Of a stretch of 33,906 nt of DNA, positions 1 to 9,939 are shown in pieces; within the stretch, counting starts at the first letter, position 1; every line of letters begins with the position of its first letter. Source of the stretch: Chromatiales bacterium (GTDB lineage Bacteria > Pseudomonadota > Gammaproteobacteria > Thiohalomonadales > Thiohalomonadaceae); NCBI GenBank assembly GCA_030640985.1, contig DAOWII010000107.1, forward strand, positions 1-33,906, written 5' to 3'. The notes beneath the pieces were generated by a model. The model saw only the letters and a list, made by a program, of their open reading frames with translations. It ran no database searches and was not told the origin of the DNA. Both the position numbers and the translations under genes were made by a program.

Positions 1-1028
1 CCGGAATAGCGAATTCCACCGTCTGCAATTACCGGTACGTCGGCAGAGGCGGCAACGGCTGCGGCGTTCATGATTGCGGTAATCTGAGGCACGCCAACAC
101 CGCTTATAACACGGGTGGTACAAATAGCACCGGGGCCTATGCCGACCTTGACGCCATCGGCACCGGCCTTGACCAGGGCCTTGGCCGCTTCGGCGGTAGC
201 GATATTACCGCCAATGATCTGTACATCGGGGAAGTGGCGCTTGGTCCAGGCCACCCGATCCAGTACGCCCTGAGAGTGACCATGGGCGGTATCGACGATG
301 ATTACGTCTACTCCGGCGGTGACCAGCTTTTCGATGCGTTCATCGGTACCGGCACCGACACTGACAGCAGCGCCAACCCGTAGCTGGCCCTGCTCATCTT
401 TACAGGCATTGGGCTTGTCGCTGGCCTTCTGGATGTCTTTAACCGTGATCAGCCCGCGTAGCTGAAAGTTGTCATCGACCACCAATACCTTTTCGATGCG
501 GTGTTCGTGTAACAGGCTCTGCACCTCTTCCCGGCTGGCGCCCTCCTTGACGGTGACCAGACGCTCTTTGGGAGTCATGATGCTGGAAACCGGGTTATCA
601 AAATGGGTTTCAAAACGCATGTCGCGGTTGGTGACGATACCCACCAGCTGGTTGCCATCGACCACCGGCAGACCGGAGATATTCTGCGCCCGGGTCAACT
701 CCAGCACTTCCTGGATGCTCACGCTGGGGCTGACGGTAATGGGGTCTTTAATCACGCCACTCTCGAACTTCTTGACCATGCGCACCTGGGTGGCCTGTTC
801 CTCGTCGGTCATGTTCTTGTGGACGATACCGATGCCACCTTCCTGAGCCAGGGCAATGGCCAGGCGGGCTTCGGTGACGGTATCCATGGCCGCCGACAGC
901 AGTGGAATGCTCAACTGGATGTCCCGGGTTAGCTGGGTTTTAAGCTCAACGTCCTTGGGCAGCACGCTGGAGTGCGCGGGAATCAGTAAAACATCATCAA
1001 ATGTAAGGGCTTCCTGGGTGATGCGCAT
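1..1028 (-). CDS. guaB: IMP dehydrogenase, N-terminal about 342 codons; the 3' end lies beyond the window edge
   Basis: Absent from the ORF track because it is open at the window edge. My minus-strand translation from the ATG at 1026-1028 reads [74 protein letters not shown]. It continues through the catalytic Cys loop [11 protein letters not shown] to [32 protein letters not shown] at position 1. It is divergent from xseA, as in E. coli. Confidence 0.9.
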   Translation of the reverse strand, partial: MRITQEALTFDDVLLIPAHSSVLPKDVELKTQLTRDIQLSIPLLSAAMDTVTEARLAIALAQEGGIGIVHKNMTDEEQATQVRMVKKFESGVIKDPITVSPSVSIQEVLELTRAQNISGLPVVDGNQLVGIVTNRDMRFETHFDNPVSSIMTPKERLVTVKEGASREEVQSLLHEHRIEKVLVVDDNFQLRGLITVKDIQKASDKPNACKDEQGQLRVGAAVSVGAGTDERIEKLVTAGVDVIIVDTAHGHSQGVLDRVAWTKRHFPDVQIIGGNIATAEAAKALVKAGADGVKVGIGPGAICTTRVISGVGVPQITAIMNAAAVAASADVPVIADGGIRYS

Positions 1029-1154
1029 AAATGGATATCCGTCTTGTTGTTTTAATAATTAACCGAGCATTATAGGCTTTGGCGCCACTTTGGTAAACCT
1101 GCCGAGGTGCGAACTGGCTCTAATAAGGGAGCAAATAAGGACGGTAAAAGTCAT

Positions 1155-1163
1155 TTATCCACC
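1155..1163 (+). promoter_or_regulatory. DnaA-box-like 9-mer TTATCCACC (8/9 match to TTATCCACA) in the guaB-xseA divergent spacer
   Basis: Read directly from the sequence. It is a single copy and a near-consensus match only. Confidence 0.25.
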
Positions 1164-1167
1164 AAGC

Positions 1168-1176
1168 TGCTAGAAT
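1168..1176 (+). promoter_or_regulatory. Extended -10 element TGCTAGAAT, 6 nt upstream of the xseA ATG
   Basis: TGn-TAGAAT at 1168-1176 and the ATG at 1183. The intervening gcgccc has no Shine-Dalgarno. The -35 is weak (aagtca, 1148-1153). Confidence 0.35.
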
Positions 1177-1182
1177 GCGCCC

Positions 1183-2544
1183 ATGAAATCACTGCCTTCA
1201 GACCCCAACACACCCCGGCGTGAGGTACTCAGTATCTCGGCGCTCAATGAGAGTGCCCGCGCCCTGCTGGAAGGGAATTTCCCCCTGGTATGGGTGGAAG
1301 GTGAGATTTCCAATCTGGCACGACCCGCCTCTGGCCACCTCTACCTGAGCCTGAAAGATAGCTCGGCCCAGGTGCGCTGTGCCATGTTTCGTATGCGCAG
1401 TATGCATCTGGGTTTTAAACCGGAAAATGGCATGCAGGTGCAGGTTCGGGCCAAACTGAGTCTTTATGTGCCCCGCGGTGACTACCAACTGGTTATCGAG
1501 CACATGGAAGAGGCCGGTGATGGTGCCCTGCGCCGCGCCTATGAGCAGCTCAAGCAGCGCCTGCACCAGGAAGGCCTGTTTGCAGAAGAAGACAAACAGC
1601 CCCTGCCAACCATGCCACGGGCCATCGGCGTGGTCACCTCCCCCAGCGGCGCGGCCATTCACGATATTATCTCCACCCTCAGACGGCGCTTTCCGTCCCT
1701 GCCGGTGATTCTCTACCCGGTGGCAGTACAGGGGGAAGGTGCGGCCAAAGAAATTGCCCGCGCCATTGCCCTGGCCGGAGAACGGGACGAGTGCGATGTG
1801 CTCATTATCGGCCGTGGAGGCGGCTCACTGGAAGACCTCTGGGCCTTTAATGAAGAGTCCGTGGCCCGGGCAATTTATGACAGTGAGATCCCGGTGATCA
1901 GTGCCGTGGGCCATGAGGTGGATTTCACCATTGCCGACTTTGTCGCCGATGTACGTGCCCCGACCCCCACAGCGGCCGCCGAGCTGGTGAGCCCCAGTCG
2001 AGACGAGCTGCTGGCTCAACTGGAGGGGATGAGTCGGCGGCTATTAAGCGGAGTAACCACTTACACAGAGTATTACCGTCAGACCCTCACCGGCCTGAGC
2101 AAACGACTGAAACATCCCGGTCGCCGCCTGCAAGACATCAGCCAGCGGCTGGACGAACTGGACTCGCGGCTGGCCAATGCCCGCCGGGTCGAGTTTCGCC
2201 ACATAGGCACTCGACTGGCCGGATTGTATGCCCGGCTACTGCGGCATACGCCGCAGCATCGGCTGCAAAGCCTGCAAACCAAACAGGGAAACCTGCACCA
2301 GCGACTCAACCAAGCCATGCAGCATCAATTGGCAGGCCAAAAACAACAACTGGCGAGCACAGCACGCGCCCTGGATACCATCAGCCCCCTGGCCACACTA
2401 GGCCGTGGTTATGCTATTGTCCGCCACTATGAAAAAGACGACATTATTCATAGTAGCCAGGAAGTCGCTCCCGGTGATCGGATCAAGGCACGGCTTGGAA
2501 AAGGTGAACTCATTTGCCAGGTGGAAGAGCTCCATGACAACTGA
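1183..2544 (+). CDS. xseA: Exodeoxyribonuclease VII large subunit
   Basis: 453 aa ORF. It has the N-terminal OB-fold segment (VWVEGEISN...SGHLYLSLKD), the catalytic core (GVVTSPSGAAIHDI, RGGGSLEDLWAFNEE, ISAVGHEVDFTIADFVAD) and a long coiled-coil tail. It has the same size and guaB-divergent position as E. coli XseA. Confidence 0.93.
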   Translation: MKSLPSDPNTPRREVLSISALNESARALLEGNFPLVWVEGEISNLARPASGHLYLSLKDSSAQVRCAMFRMRSMHLGFKPENGMQVQVRAKLSLYVPRGDYQLVIEHMEEAGDGALRRAYEQLKQRLHQEGLFAEEDKQPLPTMPRAIGVVTSPSGAAIHDIISTLRRRFPSLPVILYPVAVQGEGAAKEIARAIALAGERDECDVLIIGRGGGSLEDLWAFNEESVARAIYDSEIPVISAVGHEVDFTIADFVADVRAPTPTAAAELVSPSRDELLAQLEGMSRRLLSGVTTYTEYYRQTLTGLSKRLKHPGRRLQDISQRLDELDSRLANARRVEFRHIGTRLAGLYARLLRHTPQHRLQSLQTKQGNLHQRLNQAMQHQLAGQKQQLASTARALDTISPLATLGRGYAIVRHYEKDDIIHSSQEVAPGDRIKARLGKGELICQVEELHDN

Positions 2545-3445
2545 TATGACGCACACCATAAAGAAGGGGCCTCGCTACCTTCTATCAGTAGCATTGCTAT
2601 TGTGGCTACCTGCCGTATGTGCGGATAGTCTGCCAAAGGCCAACTCCGTCCCGGGAGGCATCGCCATTGTCAGCCTGGGGGAGAATACTCAGCCAGGTAA
2701 AAACCAAAAGGCCCGACCAGAAGCCTATTACCAGGATCGTCGTGTGATGATACTCAGCACCGAGGGGCAATGGCAGGCTGTGGTGGGCATTCCACTAGGA
2801 GCCAAACCAGGCACACACACACTAAAAGTGACTGAGGCTACAACAAACAGACAACTCAGCTTCGAGATTAATGCCAAAGAGTATGAAAGCCAGTATCTCA
2901 CTATCAAGAATAAGCGCATGGTGAACCCCTACGCGAAAGATCTGGAGCGTATCCAGACAGAGAAAAAACGTATTACACGTGCCTTTAAGGCCTGGAATGA
3001 TAGGCCAGAGGTGGAAACCCGCTTTAGTATCCCCGTGACTGGCAGACTCAGCAGCCCCTTTGGCCTGCGTCGTTACTTCAACGAACAGCCACGCAAGCCT
3101 CACAGTGGCCTGGATCTCGCGGCGCCTACCGGTACCCCGATACTAGCCCCGGCTAGCGGTACAATTATCGAGATGGGAGAGTTCTTTTTTAACGGCAATA
3201 GTGTGTTTATCGACCATGGTCAGGGGCTGATTAGCATGTATTGCCATCTGGATAGCATTGGCGTTACCAAGGGACAAACCGTCCGCCAGGGTGAAGAAAT
3301 CGCCACCGTTGGTATGACAGGTCGGGTAACGGGCCCCCATCTACACTGGAGTGTCAGTCTGAATAATAGCCGTATCGATCCTGCGCTGTTTTTATCCAAT
3401 AAAACCCTGGCCACCCTGATGGCTCCGGCAACCGAGCTTGAATAA
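2534..3445 (+). CDS. M23 family (LytM-type) metallopeptidase with a signal peptide
   Basis: HSGLDLAAPTGTPILAPASG (HxxxD) and GPHLHWSVSLN (HxH) motifs. I chose the start at the ATG at 2534 (MTTDMTHTIKKGPRYLLSVALLLWLPAVCA, a signal peptide) rather than 2405, which lies deep inside xseA. Confidence 0.85.
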   Translation: MTTDMTHTIKKGPRYLLSVALLLWLPAVCADSLPKANSVPGGIAIVSLGENTQPGKNQKARPEAYYQDRRVMILSTEGQWQAVVGIPLGAKPGTHTLKVTEATTNRQLSFEINAKEYESQYLTIKNKRMVNPYAKDLERIQTEKKRITRAFKAWNDRPEVETRFSIPVTGRLSSPFGLRRYFNEQPRKPHSGLDLAAPTGTPILAPASGTIIEMGEFFFNGNSVFIDHGQGLISMYCHLDSIGVTKGQTVRQGEEIATVGMTGRVTGPHLHWSVSLNNSRIDPALFLSNKTLATLMAPATELE

Positions 3446-3594
3446 CTGAGAATTGCCCCCAATACTAGTTTATCAGCGGTAAAGAACTACACTGACTGAA
3501 GTGTTACCATGGCGTCATAGATGTGTTTTGCGCTGAAACAATTTTAATAAATACTAGACTAGCAACGACTATTTAGTCCAAAGGAGAAGACATC

Positions 3595-4287
3595 GTGCTA
3601 ATTGCGCTCTTAGAAGATGCCCCGGATCAAGCAGAGCTGATGCAGCTTTGGCTGGAATCTGCCGGACACACGGTTCATCACTTCCCCACAGGCGCCGCCT
3701 TTATGGAAGGAATGAAAAAAGAAAAATTCGACCTGGTTGTCCTGGACTGGCTACTGCCCGATACCAATGGTATAGAAATGCTGGAATGGACTCGTGATTA
3801 CATCGACTGGCCTATCCCCGTCCTGTTTGTCACCCAGCAAGACAGTGATGAAGATATTGTCTACGCCCTGGAGAAAGGGGCCGATGATTACATGGCCAAG
3901 CCGGTTAAGGGTCGTGAGATGCTGGCGAGGATCAAGTCACTGGGCCGCCGCGGTCAGCGACAGGAGTCGATGAAACGCAGCAATACCTACGGGGAATACA
4001 CCATTGATACAGCCGCACGGATGATTACCCGCAGTGGTGAACGTATTGAGCTGACCCAGAAAGAGTTTGACCTGGCCTTCTATCTGTTCAAACACCTGGG
4101 AGAGATTCTGCCTCGGGAAGATATCCTGGAAAAAATCTGGGGACGCAGTTCCGATATCAGTACCCGCACCATTGATACCCACGTCAGCCGCTTGCGTAAA
4201 AAGATGTCACTGACCCCGGCCCATGGCTGGCGCCTCAGTGCTATTTATCAGTTTGGGTATCGCCTGGAAGAACTCAACCAGGAATAA
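3595..4287 (+). CDS. OmpR/PhoB-family response regulator (receiver plus winged-helix domain), with no adjacent kinase
   Basis: GTG start preceded by aaaggagaag. Receiver acidic pocket (LLEDAP), phospho-acceptor context VVLDWLLPD, and KP. The C-terminal trans_reg_C pattern is LTQKEFDLAFYL...TIDTHVSRLRKK...GYRL. Confidence 0.88.
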   Translation: MLIALLEDAPDQAELMQLWLESAGHTVHHFPTGAAFMEGMKKEKFDLVVLDWLLPDTNGIEMLEWTRDYIDWPIPVLFVTQQDSDEDIVYALEKGADDYMAKPVKGREMLARIKSLGRRGQRQESMKRSNTYGEYTIDTAARMITRSGERIELTQKEFDLAFYLFKHLGEILPREDILEKIWGRSSDISTRTIDTHVSRLRKKMSLTPAHGWRLSAIYQFGYRLEELNQE

Positions 4288-4305
4288 GAAACAATCCGTT
4301 GATTT

Positions 4306-4340
4306 GGGAGCCTCTGGATAAGTCATGTTCAGAGGTTCCC
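4306..4340. terminator. Hairpin between convergent genes (gggagcctctg / cagaggttccc, 13 nt loop)
   Basis: 11 bp stem with one G-U pair, read directly from the sequence. There is no clean U-run on either side, so intrinsic terminator function is uncertain. Confidence 0.35.
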
Positions 4341-4373
4341 TTAGTCTGGTTCCGTATCTTTTACAGAATGGGA

Positions 4374-4682
4374 TCAGGCCTTTGAAGTAATATCCAGTTC
4401 TTCGCCTTCCATATCCACAATCTCGTGGATACGTAATTCATTAATCCGGGCAAATGACATGATCTGCTCCCAGACCCCGGGGGCATTTGTCTCCAGGCTG
4501 CGCGCAACCAGCAGGGCCTTGCCGCCATCATAAATGACGGGGCGCAATTCAGCGGAGAAACTCAAGCGACGGCTCTGTCCAAAACGGGCGTGCATGGATG
4601 CAAACCGCTCGACCCAGTCGCTCGGTCTAAACCTTCTGCCACCCTCTGTTACCCCTTCAATGAGGCTGTACCCGTCCATCAT
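4374..4682 (-). CDS. DUF3579-family protein
   Basis: 102 aa. The GGRRFRPSDWVERFASM segment matches the G-R-K-F-R-P-S-D-W-A-E-R signature I recall for DUF3579 proteins of about 100 aa. Confidence 0.65.
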   Translation of the reverse strand: MMDGYSLIEGVTEGGRRFRPSDWVERFASMHARFGQSRRLSFSAELRPVIYDGGKALLVARSLETNAPGVWEQIMSFARINELRIHEIVDMEGEELDITSKA

Positions 4683-4902
4683 TATAAAAGGGCCCCTACT
4701 TACCCTGTGGAAAATAAATCGCTGAATAATTCGGTCTGTAACTGCTCCAATCTATACCTGTCTATTGTAGCAGTTCTTTGACACAGAATTGCAGGCCTAT
4801 AAATAATATTTTGAGTATCCCGGCACATAAAATACAATTTTTTACTCTCTGGCACTGCTAATACTACTGTCACTGCTGATGCGGCGACCACTCATGCCGA
4901 CT

Positions 4903-7494
4903 TCACGCAGCCGAAGCATCGCCTTTGCTGAAAACTATTTCTCCAGCCCCCACATCAATATGGACAACATCACCGGGCAAAAATTCTGCTGACAAAATTT
5001 TCTGTGCCAATGGGTTTTCCAGCGCCTGTTGAATGGCTCGTTTCAATGGCCGAGCACCATACACGGGATCAAAACCTGCCTCACCCAGTTTATCCAGAGC
5101 GGCCTGGGTTAATACCAAACCCATATCGCGTTCGTCCAGACGTTGCCTCAGATAATCGATCTGGATGTCTGCAATGGCACGAATCTGTTCACGTCCCAGA
5201 GGATGGAATACCACAACCTCATCCACCCGGTTGATAAACTCGGGACGGAAATGCTGCCCAACCACTTCCATCACCGATGACTTCATCGCACCGTAATTTT
5301 CTTCACCACTCAATGTCTGAATGATGTCACTACCTAGATTGGAGGTCATCACCACCACGGTATTTCGAAAATCCACAGTGCGGCCCTGACCATCGGTGAG
5401 GCGTCCGTCATCCAGCACCTGTAGCAGTACGTTAAACACATCGGGATGAGCCTTCTCCACTTCATCAAGCAGGATCACGGAATAAGGTTTACGGCGCACT
5501 GCCTCGGTTAGATAACCACCCTCTTCATATCCTACGTAGCCCGGAGGTGCGCCAATGAGCCGAGCCACGGAATGTTTCTCCATGAACTCTGACATGTCGA
5601 TGCGCACGATGGCCTCTTCCGTATCAAACAGGAACTCCGCCAGGGCTTTACATAACTCGGTTTTACCTACGCCAGTAGGCCCGAGGAACAGGAACGAACC
5701 GTTGGGACGATTAGGATCAGACAAACCGGCACGGGAGCGGCGAATAGCATCCGCCACCGCTTTGACCGACTCTTGCTGGCCGATGACCCGCTTATGCAGA
5801 CCCTCTTCCATGTGCAACAATTTATCACGCTCCCCTTCCAGCATTTTAGTAACCGGGATACCGGTCCACTTGGAAACCACTTCGGCGATTTCTTCATCGG
5901 TAACCTTGTTACGCAGCAATGTCATCACCTGCATCTCGGCTTGATCGGCCATTTGCAGTGATTTTTCCAGGTCCGGGATGCGTCCGTACTGCAGCTCAGA
6001 CATCCGTGCAAGATCACTGGCACGGTGAGCCGTCTCCAACTCCATACGTGCGCGCTCCAGCTCTTCCTTGATTTGCTGCGTACCTTGTAAAGCCGATTTC
6101 TCTGCCTTCCAGACCTCATCCAGATCCGCATATTCCAGGCCCAGTCGCTCGATCTCTGATTCAAGATCTGACAGACGTTTTTTGGAAGCTTCGTCCTTCT
6201 CTTTTTTCAATGCCTCACGTTCAATTTTGAGCTGAATCAGACGACGATCCAGACGATCCATTTGTTCCGGCTTGGAATCAATTTCCATGCGAATGCGCGA
6301 GGCCGCCTCATCAACCAGGTCGATGGCCTTATCGGGCAATTGTCGATCACTGATATAGCGGTGAGACAGATTGGCGGCAGCGACAATGGCCGGATCAGTG
6401 ATGTCCACGCCATGATGCACTTCATATTTTTCCTTCAGTCCACGCAAGATGGCAATGGTGTCCTCAACAGAAGGTTCATCCACTTGCACCTTCTGGAAGC
6501 GGCGCTCCAGAGCGGCATCTTTTTCAATGTACTGACGATACTCATCCAGGGTGGTAGCACCCACGCAATGTAGCTCGCCCCTGGCCAGTGCAGGCTTGAG
6601 CATATTACCCGCATCCATGGCCCCCTCTGCCTTACCAGCACCAACCATGGTATGCAGTTCATCAATGAACAGGATGACCTGTCCTTCCTGTTTGGATAGA
6701 TCATTAAGCACGGCCTTAAGCCGTTCTTCAAACTCTCCACGGAATTTGGCACCGGCGATCAAACTACCCATATCCAGTGACAGCAAGCGTTTGTTTTTAA
6801 GCCCCTCTGGCACCTCGCCATTGATAATGCGCTGAGCCAGACCTTCGACAATGGCGGTTTTACCCACACCGGGCTCACCGATCAATACCGGGTTATTTTT
6901 GGTGCGGCGTTGTAATACCTGGATGGTGCGACGGATCTCATCATCACGACCAATCACCGGATCAAGTTTTCCCTGTTCGGCCCGCTCGGTCAGATCAACG
7001 GTGTATTTTTCCAATGCCTGGCGTTGTTCTTCAGCATTGGGGTCTTCAACTTTCTGTCCCCCGCGCATCTCATCAATGGCCTGGGCAATGGTCTTTTTAT
7101 CTGCATTCACCTTGCGCAGTAGTTCTCCCAGCGGGCCTTTATCTTCAGCGGCCGCCAGCACAAACAGTTCACTGGAAATGTATTGGTCTTTACGTTCCTG
7201 GGCCAGCTTGTCGGTTACATTCAATAAACGCGACAATTCATTGGAAACATGCACATCACCGGCCGCACCTTCAACGGAGGAGAGTCCCTCAAGTTTTTCA
7301 CTTAGTTGGGAGCGCAGGCTATTTATATTGACGCTGGCCTGGGACAAAAGGTGACGTACCGTACCCCCCTCTTGATCCAGCAGCGCCGTCATTAGGTGCA
7401 TGGGGTCGATAAACTGGTGATCACGACCCACCGCCAGGCTCTGGGCATCGGCCAGTGCTGTCTGAAACCGGGTTGTCAGTTTGTCCATTCGCAT
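4903..7494 (-). CDS. clpB: ATP-dependent chaperone/disaggregase ClpB
   Basis: 863 aa. Two AAA+ modules ([15 protein letters not shown] and [15 protein letters not shown] Walker A motifs), a long middle coiled-coil domain and the Clp_N repeats. Confidence 0.97.
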   Translation of the reverse strand: MRMDKLTTRFQTALADAQSLAVGRDHQFIDPMHLMTALLDQEGGTVRHLLSQASVNINSLRSQLSEKLEGLSSVEGAAGDVHVSNELSRLLNVTDKLAQERKDQYISSELFVLAAAEDKGPLGELLRKVNADKKTIAQAIDEMRGGQKVEDPNAEEQRQALEKYTVDLTERAEQGKLDPVIGRDDEIRRTIQVLQRRTKNNPVLIGEPGVGKTAIVEGLAQRIINGEVPEGLKNKRLLSLDMGSLIAGAKFRGEFEERLKAVLNDLSKQEGQVILFIDELHTMVGAGKAEGAMDAGNMLKPALARGELHCVGATTLDEYRQYIEKDAALERRFQKVQVDEPSVEDTIAILRGLKEKYEVHHGVDITDPAIVAAANLSHRYISDRQLPDKAIDLVDEAASRIRMEIDSKPEQMDRLDRRLIQLKIEREALKKEKDEASKKRLSDLESEIERLGLEYADLDEVWKAEKSALQGTQQIKEELERARMELETAHRASDLARMSELQYGRIPDLEKSLQMADQAEMQVMTLLRNKVTDEEIAEVVSKWTGIPVTKMLEGERDKLLHMEEGLHKRVIGQQESVKAVADAIRRSRAGLSDPNRPNGSFLFLGPTGVGKTELCKALAEFLFDTEEAIVRIDMSEFMEKHSVARLIGAPPGYVGYEEGGYLTEAVRRKPYSVILLDEVEKAHPDVFNVLLQVLDDGRLTDGQGRTVDFRNTVVVMTSNLGSDIIQTLSGEENYGAMKSSVMEVVGQHFRPEFINRVDEVVVFHPLGREQIRAIADIQIDYLRQRLDERDMGLVLTQAALDKLGEAGFDPVYGARPLKRAIQQALENPLAQKILSAEFLPGDVVHIDVGAGEIVFSKGDASAA

Positions 7495-7537
7495 AGGGAG
7501 CTCGCCTCTTTTATATCAACCTGCCGCTATATTACAT

Positions 7538-7567
7538 AGATGGGGACATTCCAACACGATTCAATTG
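7538..7567 (-). promoter_or_regulatory. sigma32 (RpoH) heat-shock promoter of clpB
   Basis: The minus strand reads caaTTGAAtcgtgttggaatgtCCCCATcTAt. That is TTGAA, a 14 nt spacer, then CCCCATCT, against the consensus CTTGAA-N13-15-CCCCATnT. The -10 ends about 44 nt upstream of the clpB ATG. Confidence 0.65.
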
Positions 7568-7654
7568 CCTTAATCATTTCATAATATTGGCAAAGTACAC
7601 TAGGTATATGTCGTACACTTACATATTGTTCACAAAAAGATGATGAGGCCCGTT

Positions 7655-8308
7655 ATGCGCCTGTTATTGGCTGAAGATGATACTCTGCTTGGGGATGGTA
7701 TTCGTACCGGCCTGAGCCAGGAGGGATATACTGTCGACTGGGTGCAGGATGGCCTGGCGGCGGATATCGCCCTTAAAACCGAAACCTATGAGCTCATGGT
7801 ACTCGATCTGGGCTTACCCAAAATGACTGGCATTGATGTATTAAAAAAGTTGCGCGTACGCAAGGATGACCTACCTGTACTGATTCTGACCGCCCGTGAT
7901 ACGGTTGATGACAGGGTCGAAGGACTGGATGCTGGCGCCGACGATTACCTGATTAAACCCTTTGATTTGGACGAGCTGACAGCACGGCTGCGCGCCCTGA
8001 TCAGACGCCACGGGGGTCGCGCATCCAGTGAAATCATCCACCAGAATATTGTACTGGATCCGGCCTCCCATGCAGTGAGCCTGGACGGTCAGCCGGTAGA
8101 GCTTTCTCCACGTGAATTTGCCCTGCTCCACATGCTACTGGAAAAAAAAGGCAAAGTGCTTTCTCGTGCACGCCTGGAAGAGAGTATGTACTCGTGGGAA
8201 AATGATATCGGTAGTAACGCCATTGAAGTCCATATCCACCACCTACGTAAAAAGCTGGGACAAAAGCTGATACGCACCATTCGTGGTGTGGGCTATATTA
8301 TTGACTAA
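7655..8308 (+). CDS. OmpR-family response regulator (QseB/BasR-like)
   Basis: MRLLLAEDDTLLGDGI..., phospho-acceptor MVLDLGLPKMTG, ADDYLIKPF, and winged helix LSPREFALLHML...IEVHIHHLRKKL...IRTIRGVGY. The start at 7655 has gagg 8 nt upstream. The track ORF begins at 7640. Confidence 0.9.
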   Translation: MRLLLAEDDTLLGDGIRTGLSQEGYTVDWVQDGLAADIALKTETYELMVLDLGLPKMTGIDVLKKLRVRKDDLPVLILTARDTVDDRVEGLDAGADDYLIKPFDLDELTARLRALIRRHGGRASSEIIHQNIVLDPASHAVSLDGQPVELSPREFALLHMLLEKKGKVLSRARLEESMYSWENDIGSNAIEVHIHHLRKKLGQKLIRTIRGVGYIID

Positions 8309-8311
8309 GCC

Positions 8312-9718
8312 ATGCAGCACTCCATACGCCGCCGCCTGCTGATTATTCTGCTGTCGACAATGGCTCTGGTCTGGCTGGTAACCGCCACCACCAGTTTCAT
8401 TGAGACCCGACATGAGATCAGTGAGCTGTTTGATGCCCAGCTGGCCCAATCTGCACACACCCTACGCGCCCTTGCCGCGCATGAAATTGAAGAGCTGGGT
8501 CAAATGGATGAGGGACTCAAGTTTCATCTGCAGGAAATCGTCGATGACTTGAATCACCAGGAAGGACACAAGTACGAACGATTGATCGCCCTGCAGATTT
8601 GGGCCCCCAAATCACAGGAGCTGTTACTACGCTCCCTGAGCGCACCCCCAACCCTGTTAAGTAATGAGCGTGGCTACACCGACAGGGTCATCAATAATAA
8701 GTCATGGCGAATTTTTTCCCTGGAGGATCCTGAAACCAAATTTATGATCCTGGTAGGACAGAGCTACGCCATTCGAAATGAACTGATCAATGCAGTCGCC
8801 CAGCAACACATCGTGCCCATGCTGCTGGCATTTCCCCTGATGGCCTTCTTTATCTGGGCCGGTATTAGCCGGGCACTCAAGCCCCTGATACGCCTGACTT
8901 CAGAAGTGGGCAACCGGGCACCCACCAATCTGACGCCGATCAGGCTGACAGGGGTTCCGGAAGAAACTCGCTCGCTTGTCAGGGCGATCAACAAGCTGTT
9001 TGAACGCCTGCAAAATGCCTTTGCCAACGAGCGTCGCTTTACCGCCGATGCCGCCCATGAATTACGTACGCCACTGGCCGCCCTCAAAACCCAGGCCCAG
9101 GTGGCGCAAAGAGCCACCGACAAAGAACAACGAATAAAAAGTCTGGATCAAATGCTCGTTGGTGTTGACCGTACCTCGCGTTTATTGGAGCAGTTATTAA
9201 CCCTGGCCCGAGTCGATCCGGAAACTGATTTACGTCAGGAGGAGCAGGTTGATCTCTGCTTGTTGGCAGCAGAAGTTATGGCCGAGCTCGCCCCTTCAGC
9301 GATTGAGAAAAATATTGAGTTAACACTGGAAGAGAATTTCAAAAGCATGGTGAATGGTCATGGTGACAGCCTGCATATTCTGTTACGCAACCTCATCGAC
9401 AATGCCATTCGTTATACACCCGAAGGTGGCTCAGTGGAAGTTACGATAAATACGCATAATAATTCCGTACAACTGATGGTCGCGGATAGTGGCACGGGTA
9501 TCCCTGAAGAAGAACGCGAGCGAATTTTCGAACGCTTCTATCGCCGAACGGGCACCAAGGCAACAGGCAGCGGTTTGGGGCTCTCTATCGTAAAACGTAT
9601 TGCTGATTTACACCGGGCAGAGATCCAGCTAGCGGATTCCCCACTGGGTGGGCTCTGCTTCATTCTGCAATTCCCTGCAGTTTATCCCCCAAACCACTCA
9701 TCCAATCATGGAAACTAA
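8312..9718 (+). CDS. Sensor histidine kinase (QseC/BasS-like), cognate to the upstream regulator
   Basis: 468 aa. Two TM segments flank a periplasmic domain. H-box FTADAAHELRTPLAAL, N-box LLRNLIDNAIRYTP, G-boxes DSGTGIPEE and GSGLGLSIV. It starts 3 nt after the regulator stop. Confidence 0.9.
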   Translation: MQHSIRRRLLIILLSTMALVWLVTATTSFIETRHEISELFDAQLAQSAHTLRALAAHEIEELGQMDEGLKFHLQEIVDDLNHQEGHKYERLIALQIWAPKSQELLLRSLSAPPTLLSNERGYTDRVINNKSWRIFSLEDPETKFMILVGQSYAIRNELINAVAQQHIVPMLLAFPLMAFFIWAGISRALKPLIRLTSEVGNRAPTNLTPIRLTGVPEETRSLVRAINKLFERLQNAFANERRFTADAAHELRTPLAALKTQAQVAQRATDKEQRIKSLDQMLVGVDRTSRLLEQLLTLARVDPETDLRQEEQVDLCLLAAEVMAELAPSAIEKNIELTLEENFKSMVNGHGDSLHILLRNLIDNAIRYTPEGGSVEVTINTHNNSVQLMVADSGTGIPEEERERIFERFYRRTGTKATGSGLGLSIVKRIADLHRAEIQLADSPLGGLCFILQFPAVYPPNHSSNHGN

Positions 9719-9782
9719 TTATATTCTCCCATACTATCAACAAATATTAATAACCTGCAAAAACCCCTTCAAAAACAATATG

Positions 9783-9813
9783 TTGATTACAAAATGGCTT
9801 GCTGACTATAAAT
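9783..9813 (+). promoter_or_regulatory. sigma70-like promoter candidate: TTGATT, 18 nt spacer, TATAAAT
   Basis: Read directly: TTGATT at 9783-9788 and TATAAA(T) at 9807-9813. It lies in a convergent intergenic spacer with no annotated + strand gene downstream. Confidence 0.3.
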
Positions 9814-9819
9814 TTAAGC

Positions 9820-9939
9820 GTACGCTAAGTTTCATGGCTTAACCTATAGTTAAAGGTACAGACATTATGTCCAAACAGACAATAGAACACCCCCTTGGGA
9901 GAACTTCTCCGACAGGGCCCTGGAAGGGTCCTTTTTTTT
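9820..9939 (+). ncRNA. Candidate small RNA of about 120 nt (or a short-ORF transcript), bounded by the predicted promoter and an intrinsic terminator
   Basis: Defined only by the promoter-like element at 9783-9813 and the terminator at 9915-9939. I recognise no known family. Confidence 0.25.
9915..9939 (+). terminator. Rho-independent terminator, + strand only
   Basis: GGGCCCU-gga-AGGGUCC gives a 7 bp stem including one G-U and a triloop, followed by T8 (9932-9939). The opposite strand has no U-run, so it is + strand specific. Confidence 0.5.

Noticed and set aside
2405-2533. The longer M23 peptidase ORF starting at 2405.
   Set aside because: It would overlap xseA by 140 nt and place 43 non-signal residues ahead of an obvious signal peptide. 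The ATG at 2534 is the better start.
4850-4866. A TGGCAC motif suggesting a sigma54 promoter.
   Set aside because: The required TTGC element 5 nt downstream is absent (tgcta-atac). The motif is on the + strand between two minus-strand genes.
7048-7050. An internal translation start of ClpB at Val149, the source of the E. coli ClpB-80 isoform.
   Set aside because: Residue 149 is also Val here, but it is encoded by GTT, which is not an initiation codon. The internal-start feature cannot be inferred at this position.
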